Origin: Chiloscyllium plagiosum
Lineage: Eukaryota
Reading direction: 5' to 3'
DNA: 56,076 nt
Assembly: GCF_004010195.1 (NCBI RefSeq)
Contig: NC_057719.1
Span: 8,579,604 to 8,635,679, forward strand
Both the position numbers and the translations under genes were made by a program. This document shows, piece after piece, positions 12,735 to 24,150 of this stretch. The notes under the pieces were generated by a model. The model was not told the DNA's origin, searched no databases, and saw only the letters and a list, made by a program, of their open reading frames with translations. The stretch's first letter is position 1. Every line of letters starts with the position of its first letter.

Positions 12735-13185
12735 GGAGAAAGTGAGGACTGCAGATGCTGGAGATCAGAGCTGAAAATGTGTTGCTGGAAAAGCGCAGGT
12801 CAGGCAGCATCCAAGGAGCAGGAGAATCGACGTTTCGGGCATGAGCCCTTCTTCAGGAATGAGGAGAGTGTTCCAAGCAAGCTAAGATAAAAGGTAGGGA
12901 GGAGGGACTTGGGGGAGGGGCATTGGAAATGCGATGGGTGGAAGGAGGTTAAGGTGAGAGTGATAGGCCAGAGTGGGGGTGGGGGCGGAGAGGTCAGGAA
13001 GAAGATTGCAGGTTAGGAAGGCGGTGCTGAGTTCGAGGATTGGGACTGAGACAAGGTAGGGGGAGGGGAAATGAGGAAACTGGAGAAATCTGAGTTCATC
13101 CCTTGTGGTTGGAGGGTTCCTAGGTGGAAGATGAGGTGCTCTTCCTCCAGCCGTTGTGTTGCTATGGTCTGGCGATGGAGGAGGT
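12735..13185 (-). mobile_element. Penelope-like element 3' end with hammerhead
   Basis: Minus strand encodes LLHRQTIATQRLEEEHLIFHLGTLQPQGMNSDFSSF (GIY-YIG C-terminal region), then the 3' UTR. Confidence 0.85.
12829..12856 (-). ncRNA. Minimal type-I hammerhead ribozyme core (intact)
   Basis: Reverse complement CUGAAGA-A-GGGC(UCAU)GCCC-GAAA-C-GUC. Confidence 0.8.
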
Positions 13186-13654
13186 CAGCCATGATCTCAG
13201 TGAATGGCAGAACAGACTCAAGGGGCTGAATGGCCTACTCCTGCTCCTATAAAACAGCTCCTTAAAACCGGTCACCGCATTTCTACTGACCAATCAATCT
13301 AATCTTACTTTATCCAACTCAGTATTGCATCCCTCATAAGTACCATTATTTAAGTGTGAAACATTCATGGTTAGATCCACTGTTTTCTCCCTGAAACTGA
13401 ATACAGAATTCAATTATGATCTGAGCACAGAGGTGGTTTCTTTGTCAGGCGATCATTAATTGAACTTGTCTCATTGCATGCTATAAAGTCGAAAATAGCC
13501 TGATCTCTGGAAGTTTCTCGAATGTCCTACACTACGAAATGGCCTCAAAAAGATCTAAGAACTTGACTGATGATGAAGGGGATCAGGTAATCTGGCTGTA
13601 TTTCTCCTTGGGCAATGTGATAACTGAGGTTCTTCATTTGTCTACAACAGACCA

Positions 13655-14560
13655 GAAAATGAACTGGACTAGCAACATCAATACCGTGGAGACGTGAGTA
13701 GGTCAGGAATCCTGCAGTGAGTAATTCACCTCCTGACTCCCCAAAAACTTGTCCACAAGGGACTAGTCAGGAGTGAGATGGAATACCGCCCACCTACTTG
13801 GATGAGTGCAACTCCAATGAGAAGTTTGACACCATCCAGGACAAAGCAGCCTGCTTGATTGACACCACATTGACAAGCATCCCTCCCTCCGCCACTAATG
13901 CTCAGTAGCAGCAGTGTGTAACATTTACAATATGCGCTTAGTAATTCACCAAGGCTCCTTAGACAGCATCTTCCAAACCCAATAGCACTTCCACCTGGAA
14001 GGACAAGGGCAGCCGATACATAGGAATACCACCAGAGAATCATAAACTTCCTTCAGTGTGGAAGCAGGCCATTCGGCCCATTGAGTCCACACTGACCCTC
14101 CAAGCAGCATCTCACCGAGACCTACCCCCCTACCCTATCCCTGTAACCCTGCATTCCCCATTGCTAATCCACTTAACCTACACATCCCTGGACACAATGA
14201 ACAATTTAGCACACCAATCCACCTAACCTGCACCTCTTTGGATTGTGGGAGGAAACCCACACAGACACAGAGAGAATGCGCAAACTCCACACAGTCATTC
14301 ACCTGGGGATGGAGAGTGAACCCGGGTCCCTGGCGCTGTGAGGCATCAATGTTAACCACCGAGCCACTGTACCACCACCTGTAAACTTCCCTCCAAGTCA
14401 CTCACCATCCTGACTTGGAAATAAATCACTGTTTCTTCAGTGCTGCTCGGTCATTCTGCAATTCCCTGACTTAACAGCATTTTGTGTGTACCTACACCAA
14501 ATGCATTGCAGCAGTTCAAGAAAGCAGCTCACCACCACCTGCTCAAGGGAATTCACAATA
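13655..14560 (+). mobile_element. Family-B LINE fragment containing an HE1 SINE (14036-14372, -)
   Basis: gacaccatccaggacaaagcagcc at about 13828; FKKAAHHHLLKG at about 14515; reverse HE1 boxes inside. Confidence 0.8.
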
Positions 14561-14679
14561 AATGTGGAACCAACCTGCAACCTGCTAAACTTTGTTTAAA
14601 CATTCAGCCAATTAGGTCAACTCTGTCAAAATATCCCCTTGATATGCCTCGTGACATTACATTTACAACCCCATCGTCA

Positions 14680-15580
14680 CTTTGAGGTGACCCGGAAGAA
14701 GTGAGACTGTTTTCCTGGGAGAGAAGAACATCAAGAGAAGATTTGATAGAGGTGTCCAAAATCATGAGCAGAACTTGACAGAATAGCTCGGGGGAAACTG
14801 TTCCTATTCATAAAAAAAAGAATATTGCCAGGGTTGGAGGGACTGAGCTACAGGGAGAGGCTGAATAGGCTGGGGTTATTTTCCCTGGAGCATCAGCCTC
14901 TGAGGGGGTGACCTTATAAAGGTTTATAAAATCATGAGGGGCACAGATAGGGTAAATAGACAAGGTCTTTTATCCAGGGTAGAAGAGTCTAACACTATAC
15001 TGTCTAGATTTAAGGTGAGAGGGGTGAAAGATTGAAAAAGGTATCTAAGGAACAACTTTTTCACAGAGAGGGTGGTGTATGCCTGGAATGAGTTGCCAGA
15101 GGATGTGATGTAGTCTATTACAATAGCAATATTTATCTGGATGGTCATATGAATAGAAAGGGTTTAGAGGGATAGGGGCCAAATCCCTGGCAAGTGGGAC
15201 TGGATTAATTTAGGGTATCTGGTCAGTGGGGACGAGTTGGACCGTAGGGTCTGTTTCCGTGCTATATTTCTCGATGACTCTATGTTCACGTTATAAGAAA
15301 TCAAGAACTGGAGGGCACAGGTTTGAAGAGATTTGTAAATGCAGCAAATATGATGAGAGAGAACCCTTTTTCAATCAGCAAGTAGTTAGGACGTGGAATG
15401 CACTACCTAGAAATGGTGTGGAGGCAGGTTCAATTGGGCATTGGATAACTATTTGGATAGAAATAAATGTGCAAGAGGGAGAAAGCAGGAAACTGGCATT
15501 GGGTAATGATGCTCATTTGAAGCTGGCACTGATAGGATGGCTGAAAGGTCTCCTTCCACACTGTAACAATTCCATAACCT
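14680..15580 (+). mobile_element. Older CR1 3' end with a nested HER1 3' end (about 14820-15283)
   Basis: Two successive LFSLE...WNELP/WNALP motifs and two tails. Confidence 0.8.
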
Positions 15581-15589
15581 CTCCAAATA

Positions 15590-15945
15590 GAAACTTACAT
15601 CGTGACCTTCATTGGCTTAGGGTGTTCAAAGCACTTTACAGCCAATTAATCGCCTTTGATGTGTAGTCACTCTTGTCATGTACAAACGTGGCAGCCAATT
15701 TGTAACCAGTAAGCCCCACAAACAATGTTTGATCCATTTCATTGGAATTAGTTCATTGGATCAATGTTGGCTGGATCAGGAACCATCCCACTCTTCGAGC
15801 AAGCTCTTGAGATTTTAACGTCCCCTTGGCATCAGTTGAGCTAATGTTTCATCTGGAAGATGATGCCCCAACAATGCGGCATTCCCTTTGTACCTCATTT
15901 GAAACCTTAACCCTGACTTTATGCTCTGATGTCTGAGATGAGAAT
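15590..15945 (-). mobile_element. DeuSINE/SacSINE1-like SINE, decayed
   Basis: aaagcactttacagccaat...gtgtagtcact...gtggcagccaatttg. Confidence 0.7.
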
Positions 15946-16339
15946 GTTTCCATAAATTTGAAGGATGGTCTTGCAGCCTGAGTGAGGATAAGTCCCTACA
16001 TTTCTCACTCTGACAGCCTGGAATGGGTAAATTGTTGAGGTTGTAGTCAAGTTAAGGGAGTTAGTAACAGAGACGTGGTGAAGATTAAGTGACGTGTATG
16101 CATTTCATAGTCATTGCGGCATGAATCTGCATCTGCAAGGATAGAACATGGAACTCTATCTCTTTAATTAAAGCTTAGAGTTAAACCAATGTTGAATGAT
16201 TTATAATTACAAATCTCGACTTCAAACTGATCGCATTGCATGACAAAACTGCAATTAACTGTATCTGGGGAGGAGTGAGATAACAAAATAGGGAACTATT
16301 GTGTTTGTTTTATAAAAATACATGTGATAACTAAGCTTT

Positions 16340-16690
16340 TCTCAAATTTAAAATCACCATCCTCTTAAAATTCCTCTTGGTGCCTCCCTCCTAATCTGGA
16401 TGCTCTAACTTATTGCAATCACAGAACCCATGGGAGATCACCACATTTTGAAATCCTGGACCCCGGAGCATCTTCGATTTTACTCGCTGTGTAGTTGACT
16501 GCGATGCTCTCAGCTGTCTTCGTCCTAAACTCTGGAAGTCCCTGCCCATAAACATTTCTTGTCCTTTCAGCAGTTCCTCATAGCCTGCCCTAATGGCTTC
16601 TTACATGGCTCTGTGTCAGTTTCCACATGAGGAGACACCTCCCTGAGGATTTTACAAACTCAAAGGCGCTATAAAAATGCAGGCTGCGAT
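16340..16690 (+). mobile_element. L2 LINE 3' end, old
   Basis: tttaaaat...ctcagctgtct...ctctggaagtccct...aaaggcgctataaaaatgca; similar copy at about 46860-47305. Confidence 0.6.
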
Positions 16691-16783
16691 TGCACATTAA
16701 TGTTGCACATTAATGTTGTCGAACCTGATGCGTGTGAACAGTGATATATTGTTCAGGAACACAGATTAAAAAGGTATAAAAAG

Positions 16784-17086
16784 GCCGGCACGGTGGCTCA
16801 CTGCGGCCTCACAGCACCAGGGTCCCGGGTTCAATTCCAGCCGCAGGCGACTGTCTGTGTGGAGTTTGCACATTCTCCCCGTGTCTGCGTGGGCTTCCCC
16901 TGGGTGCTCCGGTTTCCTCCCACAGTCCAGAAAAAAATGTGCAGGTCAGGTGAATTAGCCACGCTATATTGTCCATAGTGTTAGGTGCATCAGTCAAAGG
17001 GAAATGGGTCTGTATGGGTTACTCTTTGGAGGGTCGGTGTGGATTTGTTGGGCCAAAGGATTTGTGGAACCTAATCTAATCTAATC
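16784..17086 (+). mobile_element. HE1-type SINE
   Basis: B box ggttcaattcc, V-domain, (aatct)n tail. Confidence 0.9.
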
Positions 17087-17540
17087 ATATTCACTTGCCT
17101 GAATCTGACTAACTTGGTCGTTGACCTCAGAATCTGTCGTGATTTTGCATCCACAACTATGAAGTGTCATCTGTGAATGCCATTTCTCCTCTGACTCCTA
17201 GTAGTAAGACTACACTCACCGCATTCTTAAACCACAATCTCCTGCAGTGGGACAGCTGGAGTTGTTTTAGGAATCAGTCAGATTTCCTTTCTTGAGCAGA
17301 AAAACAAAAAGATACGCAAGGGATTGTCTTTCTGGGTCAAATGACCTTCCAGAGCTCTTTAAGAAAAGAGAGATGTGCATTTCCGTAGCACTTTTAACAA
17401 CCTCAAGAAATCCCCATCATGCTCTACAAGTCAATAAAGCGCTATTGAAGTGCAATCACTTTTGTAATACAGGCATCAATTTGCACACAGCAAGCTCCCA
17501 TGACCAGCAATGAGGATGGAGACCTTATAAAAATAAATGC

Positions 17541-17675
17541 CTGGCAGCATCAGGAGGTGGAGAAGTCAACGTTTCAGGTGTAACCCTCCTTCAGGACTGG
17601 GGTGGGTGGAGGAGGAGCTGCAGATAAAGGGGGTGGCAAGGGCAGGCTGGTGAAGTGGGGATTGGTAGAGGGTAA
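17541..17675 (-). mobile_element. PLE 3' fragment with degenerate hammerhead
   Basis: Reverse complement CUGAAGG-A-GGGU(UAC)ACCU-GAAACGUU; homologous to 18380-18500. Confidence 0.75.
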
Positions 17676-17699
17676 GACCAGCAATGAGGATGGAGACCT

Positions 17700-17911
17700 T
17701 ACAAAAATAAATGCTGGAGGTCACAGCATGTCAGACACCATCCATGGAGAGAGATCAAGCTAACATTTTGAGTCAAACTCTGATGAAGAGTCATCTAGAC
17801 TCGAAAGATTAGCTTGCTCTCTCTCCATGGATGCTGCCTGACCCACTGTGACCTCCAGCATTTAATGTTTTCATAACAGATTCCAGCATCTGCAGTAACT
17901 TGCTTCTGCAT
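17700..17911 (+). mobile_element. PLE terminal fold-back element with hammerhead at 17780-17810
   Basis: Inverted arms about 17709-17774 and 17798-17863; CUGAUGA-A-GAGUC(AUCUA)GACUC-GAAA; flanking tggagacct repeat (17691-17699, 17912-17920). Confidence 0.8.
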
Positions 17912-17979
17912 TGGAGACCTGATAACTAACTTTTAGGAATATTCATTAGGCGATAAATATTAAGCAGGACACTGGGGTG

Positions 17980-18266
17980 AATCATTGAATCCCTACAGTA
18001 CAGAAACAGGCTATTCAGTCCACACTGATCCTCTGAAAATTATCCCACACACACCCACCCCCATAACCTTGCATTTCCCATAGCTAACACAACTAGCCTG
18101 CACATCCCTGGACACAATGGGGCAATTTAGTGTGGCCAATCCAACCTGTACATCTTTGGATTGTGGGAGGAAACGAGAGCACCAGGACGAAACTCACGCA
18201 GACACGGGGAAAATGTGCAAACTCCACATAGATAGTCGCCTGAGGATGGAATCGAACCTGGGTCCC
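17980..18266 (-). mobile_element. HE1-type SINE, head truncated by a PLE fragment
   Basis: Reverse V-domain and B box ggaatcgaacc. Confidence 0.85.
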
Positions 18267-18555
18267 TACTCCCTTCCCAGCCCCTCCCCCTCCCTTCCAC
18301 TCCTCCCTGGCACCAACTGGATTCATTCCTCCCAGTGACCAACCAGGTCGTACCCTCTACTGTACTCCCCTGTCCCCACATCACCACCCTGCCCCCTCCA
18401 CCCCCTTTATCTGCAGCCCTCCCTACACCCACCCCCCTCCAACCTGAAGAAGGGTTACACCCGAAACGTTGACTTCTTTACCTCCTGGTGCTGCCTGGCT
18501 TGCTGTGTTCTTCCAGCCTCCTGCCTGTCCACTCCAGCATCTGCGTTTTTTTTCT
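18267..18555 (+). mobile_element. PLE 3' UTR fragment
   Basis: C-rich UTR, hammerhead, tail tgctgcctggcttgctgtgttcttccagc...ccagcatctgc. Confidence 0.8.
18444..18470 (+). ncRNA. Minimal type-I hammerhead core (intact)
   Basis: CUGAAGA-A-GGGU(UAC)ACCC-GAAA-C-GUU. Confidence 0.75.
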
Positions 18556-18769
18556 TCTCTACACTAATTATTTGCTCTTCTTGGAAATAGAATTTTCTTA
18601 TGGTGATCTGAGAGGCCCTTGATTAAATACTCCTTCCAATTGATGATATCTTTGATGTTGTAGCACTCCTCCAGTGCTGCATTGTCACTGACTGGTTTGT
18701 TGTTTTGGGGCCAGCCATAGAAGAGGAATTCACACTGTTCTGTCTCAGGACTCTGCGGGGACCTGAGAG

Positions 18770-19092
18770 GGCAGGTGTGGAAAAATTGCTTCTCCTTGTG
18801 GGAGAGCACAGTACAAGGGGACACCATCTCAGAATAAAGGGGCTGCACATTTCAGACAGAGAAAGGAGGAGCAATTGCTTCTCTCAGAGAATAGTGAATC
18901 TGCAGATTTTCTTTTACCACAGTTGGGTCATTATATTCAAGACTGAGAATTAAATCAGTGAGGGGAACCTAGGGTTACGGTGAAAAGGCAGGAGGGTGGA
19001 GTTGAGGATTATTAGCTGAGCCATGATCTCATTGAACGGCGGACCAGTCTCGAAGGGCTGAATGGCCAACTTCGCCTCTTAAGTCTTATGGA
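18770..19092 (+). mobile_element. CR1 3' end
   Basis: STRGHHLRIKG...FSQRIVNL; tail gccatgatctcattgaa...gggctgaatggcc. Confidence 0.85.
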
Positions 19093-19256
19093 CCTGTGGC
19101 GTGTTTACCCTAAGTGGACCGTGGCCTCAGTAAATTGGAAAATGTTTTCCTACTTTGATATCCTGGACATTAAAATGCAGGCTGTATATAAGTCTTGGCT
19201 TCATTTCATGTCCCACCCCATGGTTTGAATGTTTCTGAAGTTGAAAGCTAAGGCAG

Positions 19257-19299
19257 TGAGAGAAAGAGAGAGAGACAGAGAGAGAGACAGAGACAGAGA
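19257..19299. repeat. (GA)n/(GACAGA)n microsatellite
   Basis: Seen directly. Confidence 0.9.
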
Positions 19300-19667
19300 A
19301 TGAGGCTGCGGCTGATGTTGTTACTGTTTCTCTTCACCTTGATAACTAGTGCATCTGCTCAAAGCCAGCAGCTCGGGATTTATAAACAGCTGCCAACATA
19401 CAGTCATGTTCCACCAGCAATTAGCCTCCAAGTGACCCCCAGCATGTTTCGCTCTTACCCAGTTCTCTGCTCAGAACACGAAGAGTGATGGTCTTAAAGG
19501 TGAAGGCAGCTCAATTGCAGGCCCTTTTCCACAGGCCAAACTCACACCGCTAATTGTCATTAAAATCATGGCTGCATTTTAACCTTAACACCTTGGAACA
19601 ATATCTATCCCTCAGATAACATCATGACAATAGATTCATCACTCATTACAGCTGTCCATAAATTGGT

Positions 19668-19957
19668 TGATTAGATTCGATTCCCTACAATGTGCAAGCA
19701 GGCCCTTCGGCCCAACAAGTCCACACTGACCCCCTGAAGAGTAACCCACCCAGGCCCATTTCCCTCTGACTAATGCACCTAACACTGTGGGCAATTTAGT
19801 ATGGCCAGTTCATGGAGAGGAAACCGGAACACCTGGAGGAAACCCATGCAGACATGGGGAGAATGTGCAAACTCCACACAGTCACTCGAGGCTGGGATTG
19901 AACCTGGGTCCCTAGCGCTGTGAGGCTGCAGTGCTAACCACTGAGCCACCGTGCCGT
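19668..19957 (-). mobile_element. HE1-type SINE with internal deletion
   Basis: Reverse A/B boxes and tail. Confidence 0.9.
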
Positions 19958-20001
19958 GCTTACAACAGTGACAACACCTTGGAATAGTCTCGTTAGTCTT
20001 A

Positions 20002-20294
20002 CAGAATCCCCTACAGTGTGGAAGCAGGCCATTCAGCCCATTGAGTCCACAATGATTCTTCGCAGAGCATCCCACCCAGACCCACCCCATCCCTGTAGCC
20101 CTGCATTTCCTGTGGCCAATCCACCTCATCTGCACATCTTTGGACTGTGGGAGGAAACCGGAGCACCTGGACGAAACCCACGCAGACACGGGGAGAATGT
20201 GCAAACTCCACACAGTCGTCCGAGGTTGGAATCGAACCTGGGTCCCTGGTGCTGTGAGGCAGCAGTGCTAACCACTGAGCCACCTTGCCGCCCC
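20002..20294 (-). mobile_element. HE1-type SINE
   Basis: Reverse A/B boxes, V-domain and tail. Confidence 0.9.
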
Positions 20295-20574
20295 AGTTTT
20301 AAATCGGGACATCTCATTGGAGCGTGCTGAGGCTGGAGACAGGACTGCAGGAATGCAAGTCGTCATTTCTCCCTTTACAAGATTCTCCTCAATTGTGTGA
20401 ATGTGGTCTTAGGGCAAACGGAGTCTGCCTCTCAAAACCCCGGCTCCTTTCTCTCTGAAATGGTGGATGTCAAAGTATCCCACAGCAAGCTCTTTCTTCA
20501 CAGTCTGGGCTTTGGATCCGGGATGAGTGAAAGTCAATCTTCACTCTATCTCTGACAATGGCACGTGCATCCTA

Positions 20575-21715
20575 TTAGAATCCTAGAACCATAGAAATGA
20601 CACAGCACAGGAGGAAGCCATTTAGCCCATCCTCTCCATGCTGACCCAAAGACGCCCAGATGCCCTTTCTAACCCCAACTTCCTGCACACAACCCAATAT
20701 CCATGCAGTTATAGCATTTAAGGTGCAAATTGGGGTGCTTTTGAAAAGAGATTTGGGTTTCTGCTTCCACCACCAGCTCCGGCAATGAATTCCAGATACT
20801 CACCACCCTCTCCTAAAAATGATTTTCCTCATATCCCCCTGATTCATTCTGCCACATAGATTGAATCTGTGAGCTCTGGGTTTTGAACTCTCTGCCAGGG
20901 GAAGCAGGTTCCTCCTGTCCAATCTATCTCCCCCCCTCACAATTTTGTAAACCTCAATCATGTCAACCTCTCAGCGTTCTTTATTCCAAGGAAAACAACT
21001 CCAACCTCTCCAATCTCTCCTCGTTGTTACAATTTTCCAGCCCTGGCAATGGTTCTGGTTCATTTTTTCTGCCCTCTCTCCAGAGCAATTATGCCCTTTC
21101 TTTAATGTGGTGACCAGAATTACATGTAATACCCCAACTGTGGCCTCTCCAGTGTCTTATACAGTTTCATCATATCCCCACTCTTGTATTCTGAACCTCT
21201 GCCAATGAAAGACAGCATTCCATATGCCTTCATTACAACATTATTTACCTGCACTGCCACCTTTAGGGCCTGTCTATGTACAAGATCTCTCACATTGTCT
21301 ACCCCCTCAGTTGATTTCCATTCACCATGTATTCCCTTTTACTGTTTGACCTCCCTAAATGCACCACCTCACATTTATCAGAGTTGAACTCCATCTGCCA
21401 CTTTCCTGTCCACTCCACCAACACACCTGTATCATTTTGCAGCCATCCTCTACACTATCCACGACACAACCAATTTTTGTGGAGTCTGCAAATTTCTCAG
21501 CTGCCCCCGCCCCCCCCCTCCACACATTCAAGTCCAAATCATTAGTGTACAAAGCAAACAGCAGGGGACCCAACACCGAGCCTAGGGAACTCCACGTGAA
21601 ACAATTTTCCATTCACAAAGCCAGCCATTGACCATTACCTTTCGTTTCCTGTTACTGAGCGACCTTTGGTTCCAACACATTACCCTGTATCCCATGGGCT
21701 TTTACCTTTTTGAGC
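20575..21715 (-). mobile_element. CR1 LINE RT-to-3' end fragment
   Basis: ORF 21355-21612(-) GSVLGPLLFALYTNDLD...KFADSTKIG. Confidence 0.9.
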
Positions 21716-21919
21716 AGAACACATGGTATTTGGTGACCGGTGGGAACATGATTGGTTGAAGAATTTCTGTCCTTGCTGTAAAACCTCTATGACTCAATAA
21801 TTTTGATCCACTCATTTCAGGAAAGATATTAAGATTTACCCGGCGTCAGGATGACCTCCAGGGGAGGAGACTTGGGCGCCAGTCGGCCGGTGAATGGTCT
21901 TTTGGGTTCAGTTCTTTTT

Positions 21920-22233
21920 GGGGGCAGCACAGTGGCTCAGTGGTTAGCATTGCTGCCTCATAGCATCAGGGTCCCAGGTTCGATTCAAGCCTCGGGCAAC
22001 TGTCTGTGTGGAGTTTACACATTCTCCTCGTGTCAGCGTGGGTTTCCTCCGGGTACTCCGGTTTCCTCCCACAGTCCAAAGATGTGCAGGTTGGGGGAAT
22101 TGGCCACGCTAAATTGCTCATAGTGTTGGGTACATTAGTCAGAGGGAAATGGGTCTGGGTGGGTTACTCTTCGGAGGGTTGGTGTGGACTTGCTGGGCCG
22201 AAGGGCCTGTTTCCACACTGTAGGGAATCTAAT
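21920..22233 (+). mobile_element. HE1-type SINE
   Basis: A/B boxes, V-domain, tail. Confidence 0.9.
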
Positions 22234-22234
22234 C

Positions 22235-22875
22235 ATTATTTCCTTGGAGGCAGTTCAGAGAAGGTTCACGAAGATGATCCCTAATTTGGAAGGATGTTCT
22301 TACATGGAAAGATTAAACAGGTTGGGAGTCTACTCACTGGAGTTTAAAAGATTGAGAGGTGATCTCATTTTATTAACTGTGATAGAGAGGACTATAAATA
22401 AAGCTGGGAAACAGGAAATAATCAGACACTTAGCCTTGTCTGCATCAGTACATAACCAGCTGTAGCACTAGTTTAATACTTGCAATTGCATCTACCTACA
22501 TATTACATAAGGTTCTTGAGGGACTTGATTGGGTCAATGCTGAGAGGATATTTCCCCTCATGGGAGAGTCTCGGACCAGAGGGTATTGTCTCTGAATAAA
22601 AAGGCACAACAACTTCAGACTGAGATGAGATGGAGTCTCTTATCTCAGAGGATTGTGAGTCTTCGGAACTCCTTGCCCCAGAGAGCTGTGGGGACAGGGT
22701 CCTTGTGTATATTTAAGACTGAGGTAGATAGATTCTTGATCAGGAGGGGAGTGAAGGGTTACGGGGAAAATGCAGAAAAGTGGGCATGTGGAATGTTGGT
22801 CAGCCATGATCCAATTGAATGGCTGAGCAGAATCGAGGGGCCGAACAGCCTACTCCTGTTCCTATCTTCATGTTC
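22235..22875 (+). mobile_element. CR1 3' fragment carrying a ~140-bp foreign insertion
   Basis: SLEAVQRRFTKMIP...RLRGDLI, then insertion 22369-22509, then CR1 resumes. Confidence 0.85.
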
Positions 22876-23063
22876 TTTTAGGGTCTTTTAAAAAATGGTG
22901 CCACAAAATACAGTCACTTGTGAGTGCTATCAACTTGTTTTTTTTTATATTTGAAGAAATTGAGTTTACAATCTGGCTGCTTAAGCAGTAAATCCTCACG
23001 ACCGCTTCCTCTTTTCCCTCAGGAACAATTTCGACCACTTTGGTGCCAATTCCCTCAGGACCG

Positions 23064-23077
23064 GTTGCTATAGAAAC
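23064..23077. promoter_or_regulatory. RFX X-box-like motif GTTGCTATAGAAAC
   Basis: Close match to the GTTGCYATRGCAAC-type X-box in non-repeat DNA; function inferred only. Confidence 0.35.
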
Positions 23078-23827
23078 CATCATCCGATGCTTAAAGATGC
23101 TCAACTGCTTTCCTCTCCTTTCTCTGCGGCCGGCTCTGCATTTACTGGCTTCATCTTTCCCTGAGACTTTGAGTCATTCTCAGCAGTGGACCAGTCCAGG
23201 TAAAAGTCAGCAGTTGATCTGTATGCTAAAATGCAAAGACTGTCTCTCTCTCTCTCTCTCTCTAACAGATGGCTCAGCTTGCTATGTGCCTCTGCTCTGT
23301 GAAGGTTGAGTTTAAACGAGTACCTTGGGAATTCCAACAAAGCGTTTCTTGAGGAAGGGACGAGCAGTGCTACTAATTTATTAACTGTGATAGAAGGTAC
23401 TATAAATAAAGCTGAGAAACAGGCTTGTCTGCATGGCTACTTAAACCCAGCTAGAGCACTAGCTTAATACCTGCAATTGTATCTACCTCCATATTACATA
23501 CCCACATCCTATTTTGGCTTAATCCCCCAAATATTTTTCAGAAGATGCACATACCTCGAGACTTCTTTCACGCCGATAAAATTTCACAGAGTTTTGTTCA
23601 CCGAAACCTTAAAGCTTTGCCAGTGCTAGTTATTGACAATTTAAAAGTCCTTATACCTTTCAGTTACCACAGCCTGTTAGTTTGGTAACCTTTGATTAAT
23701 GCCGATGCATGAAAGAAATATGAGTTGTCTTTGACCTCCCGTCTATGACCTCCTTATCCACAGAGACTGTGGATGCCAAGTAATGTGGGCTGGGAACTAA
23801 TTATCCAAGGATACACATTGAATAGGG

Positions 23828-24150
23828 AAGGCAATGGCCTGATGGTATTATCACTGGACTATTAATCCAGAAACCTGGCTAATGTTCTGGGGACCAAGTC
23901 TTAAATCCTGTTGTGATGGAATTTGAATTCATTTTTTAAAAAATCTGGAATTAAGAGTCTAATGATGACCATTAATCCATTGTTGGTGGGGGTTGGGGAA
24001 CCCATCTATCTCACTCATGTCCTTTAGGGAAGGAAACTGCCATCCTGCATGTGACTCCAGACCCCCAGGAACGTGATTGACTTTTAACTGTTCTCTGGGC
24101 AATAAATGCTGGCCAAGCCAGCGACACCCACAACCCGTGATTGAATTTTA
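23828..24150 (+). mobile_element. Family-B SINE
   Basis: tggtattatcactggactattaatccag...gtcctttagggaaggaaa...ggcaataaatgctggcc. Confidence 0.8.
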
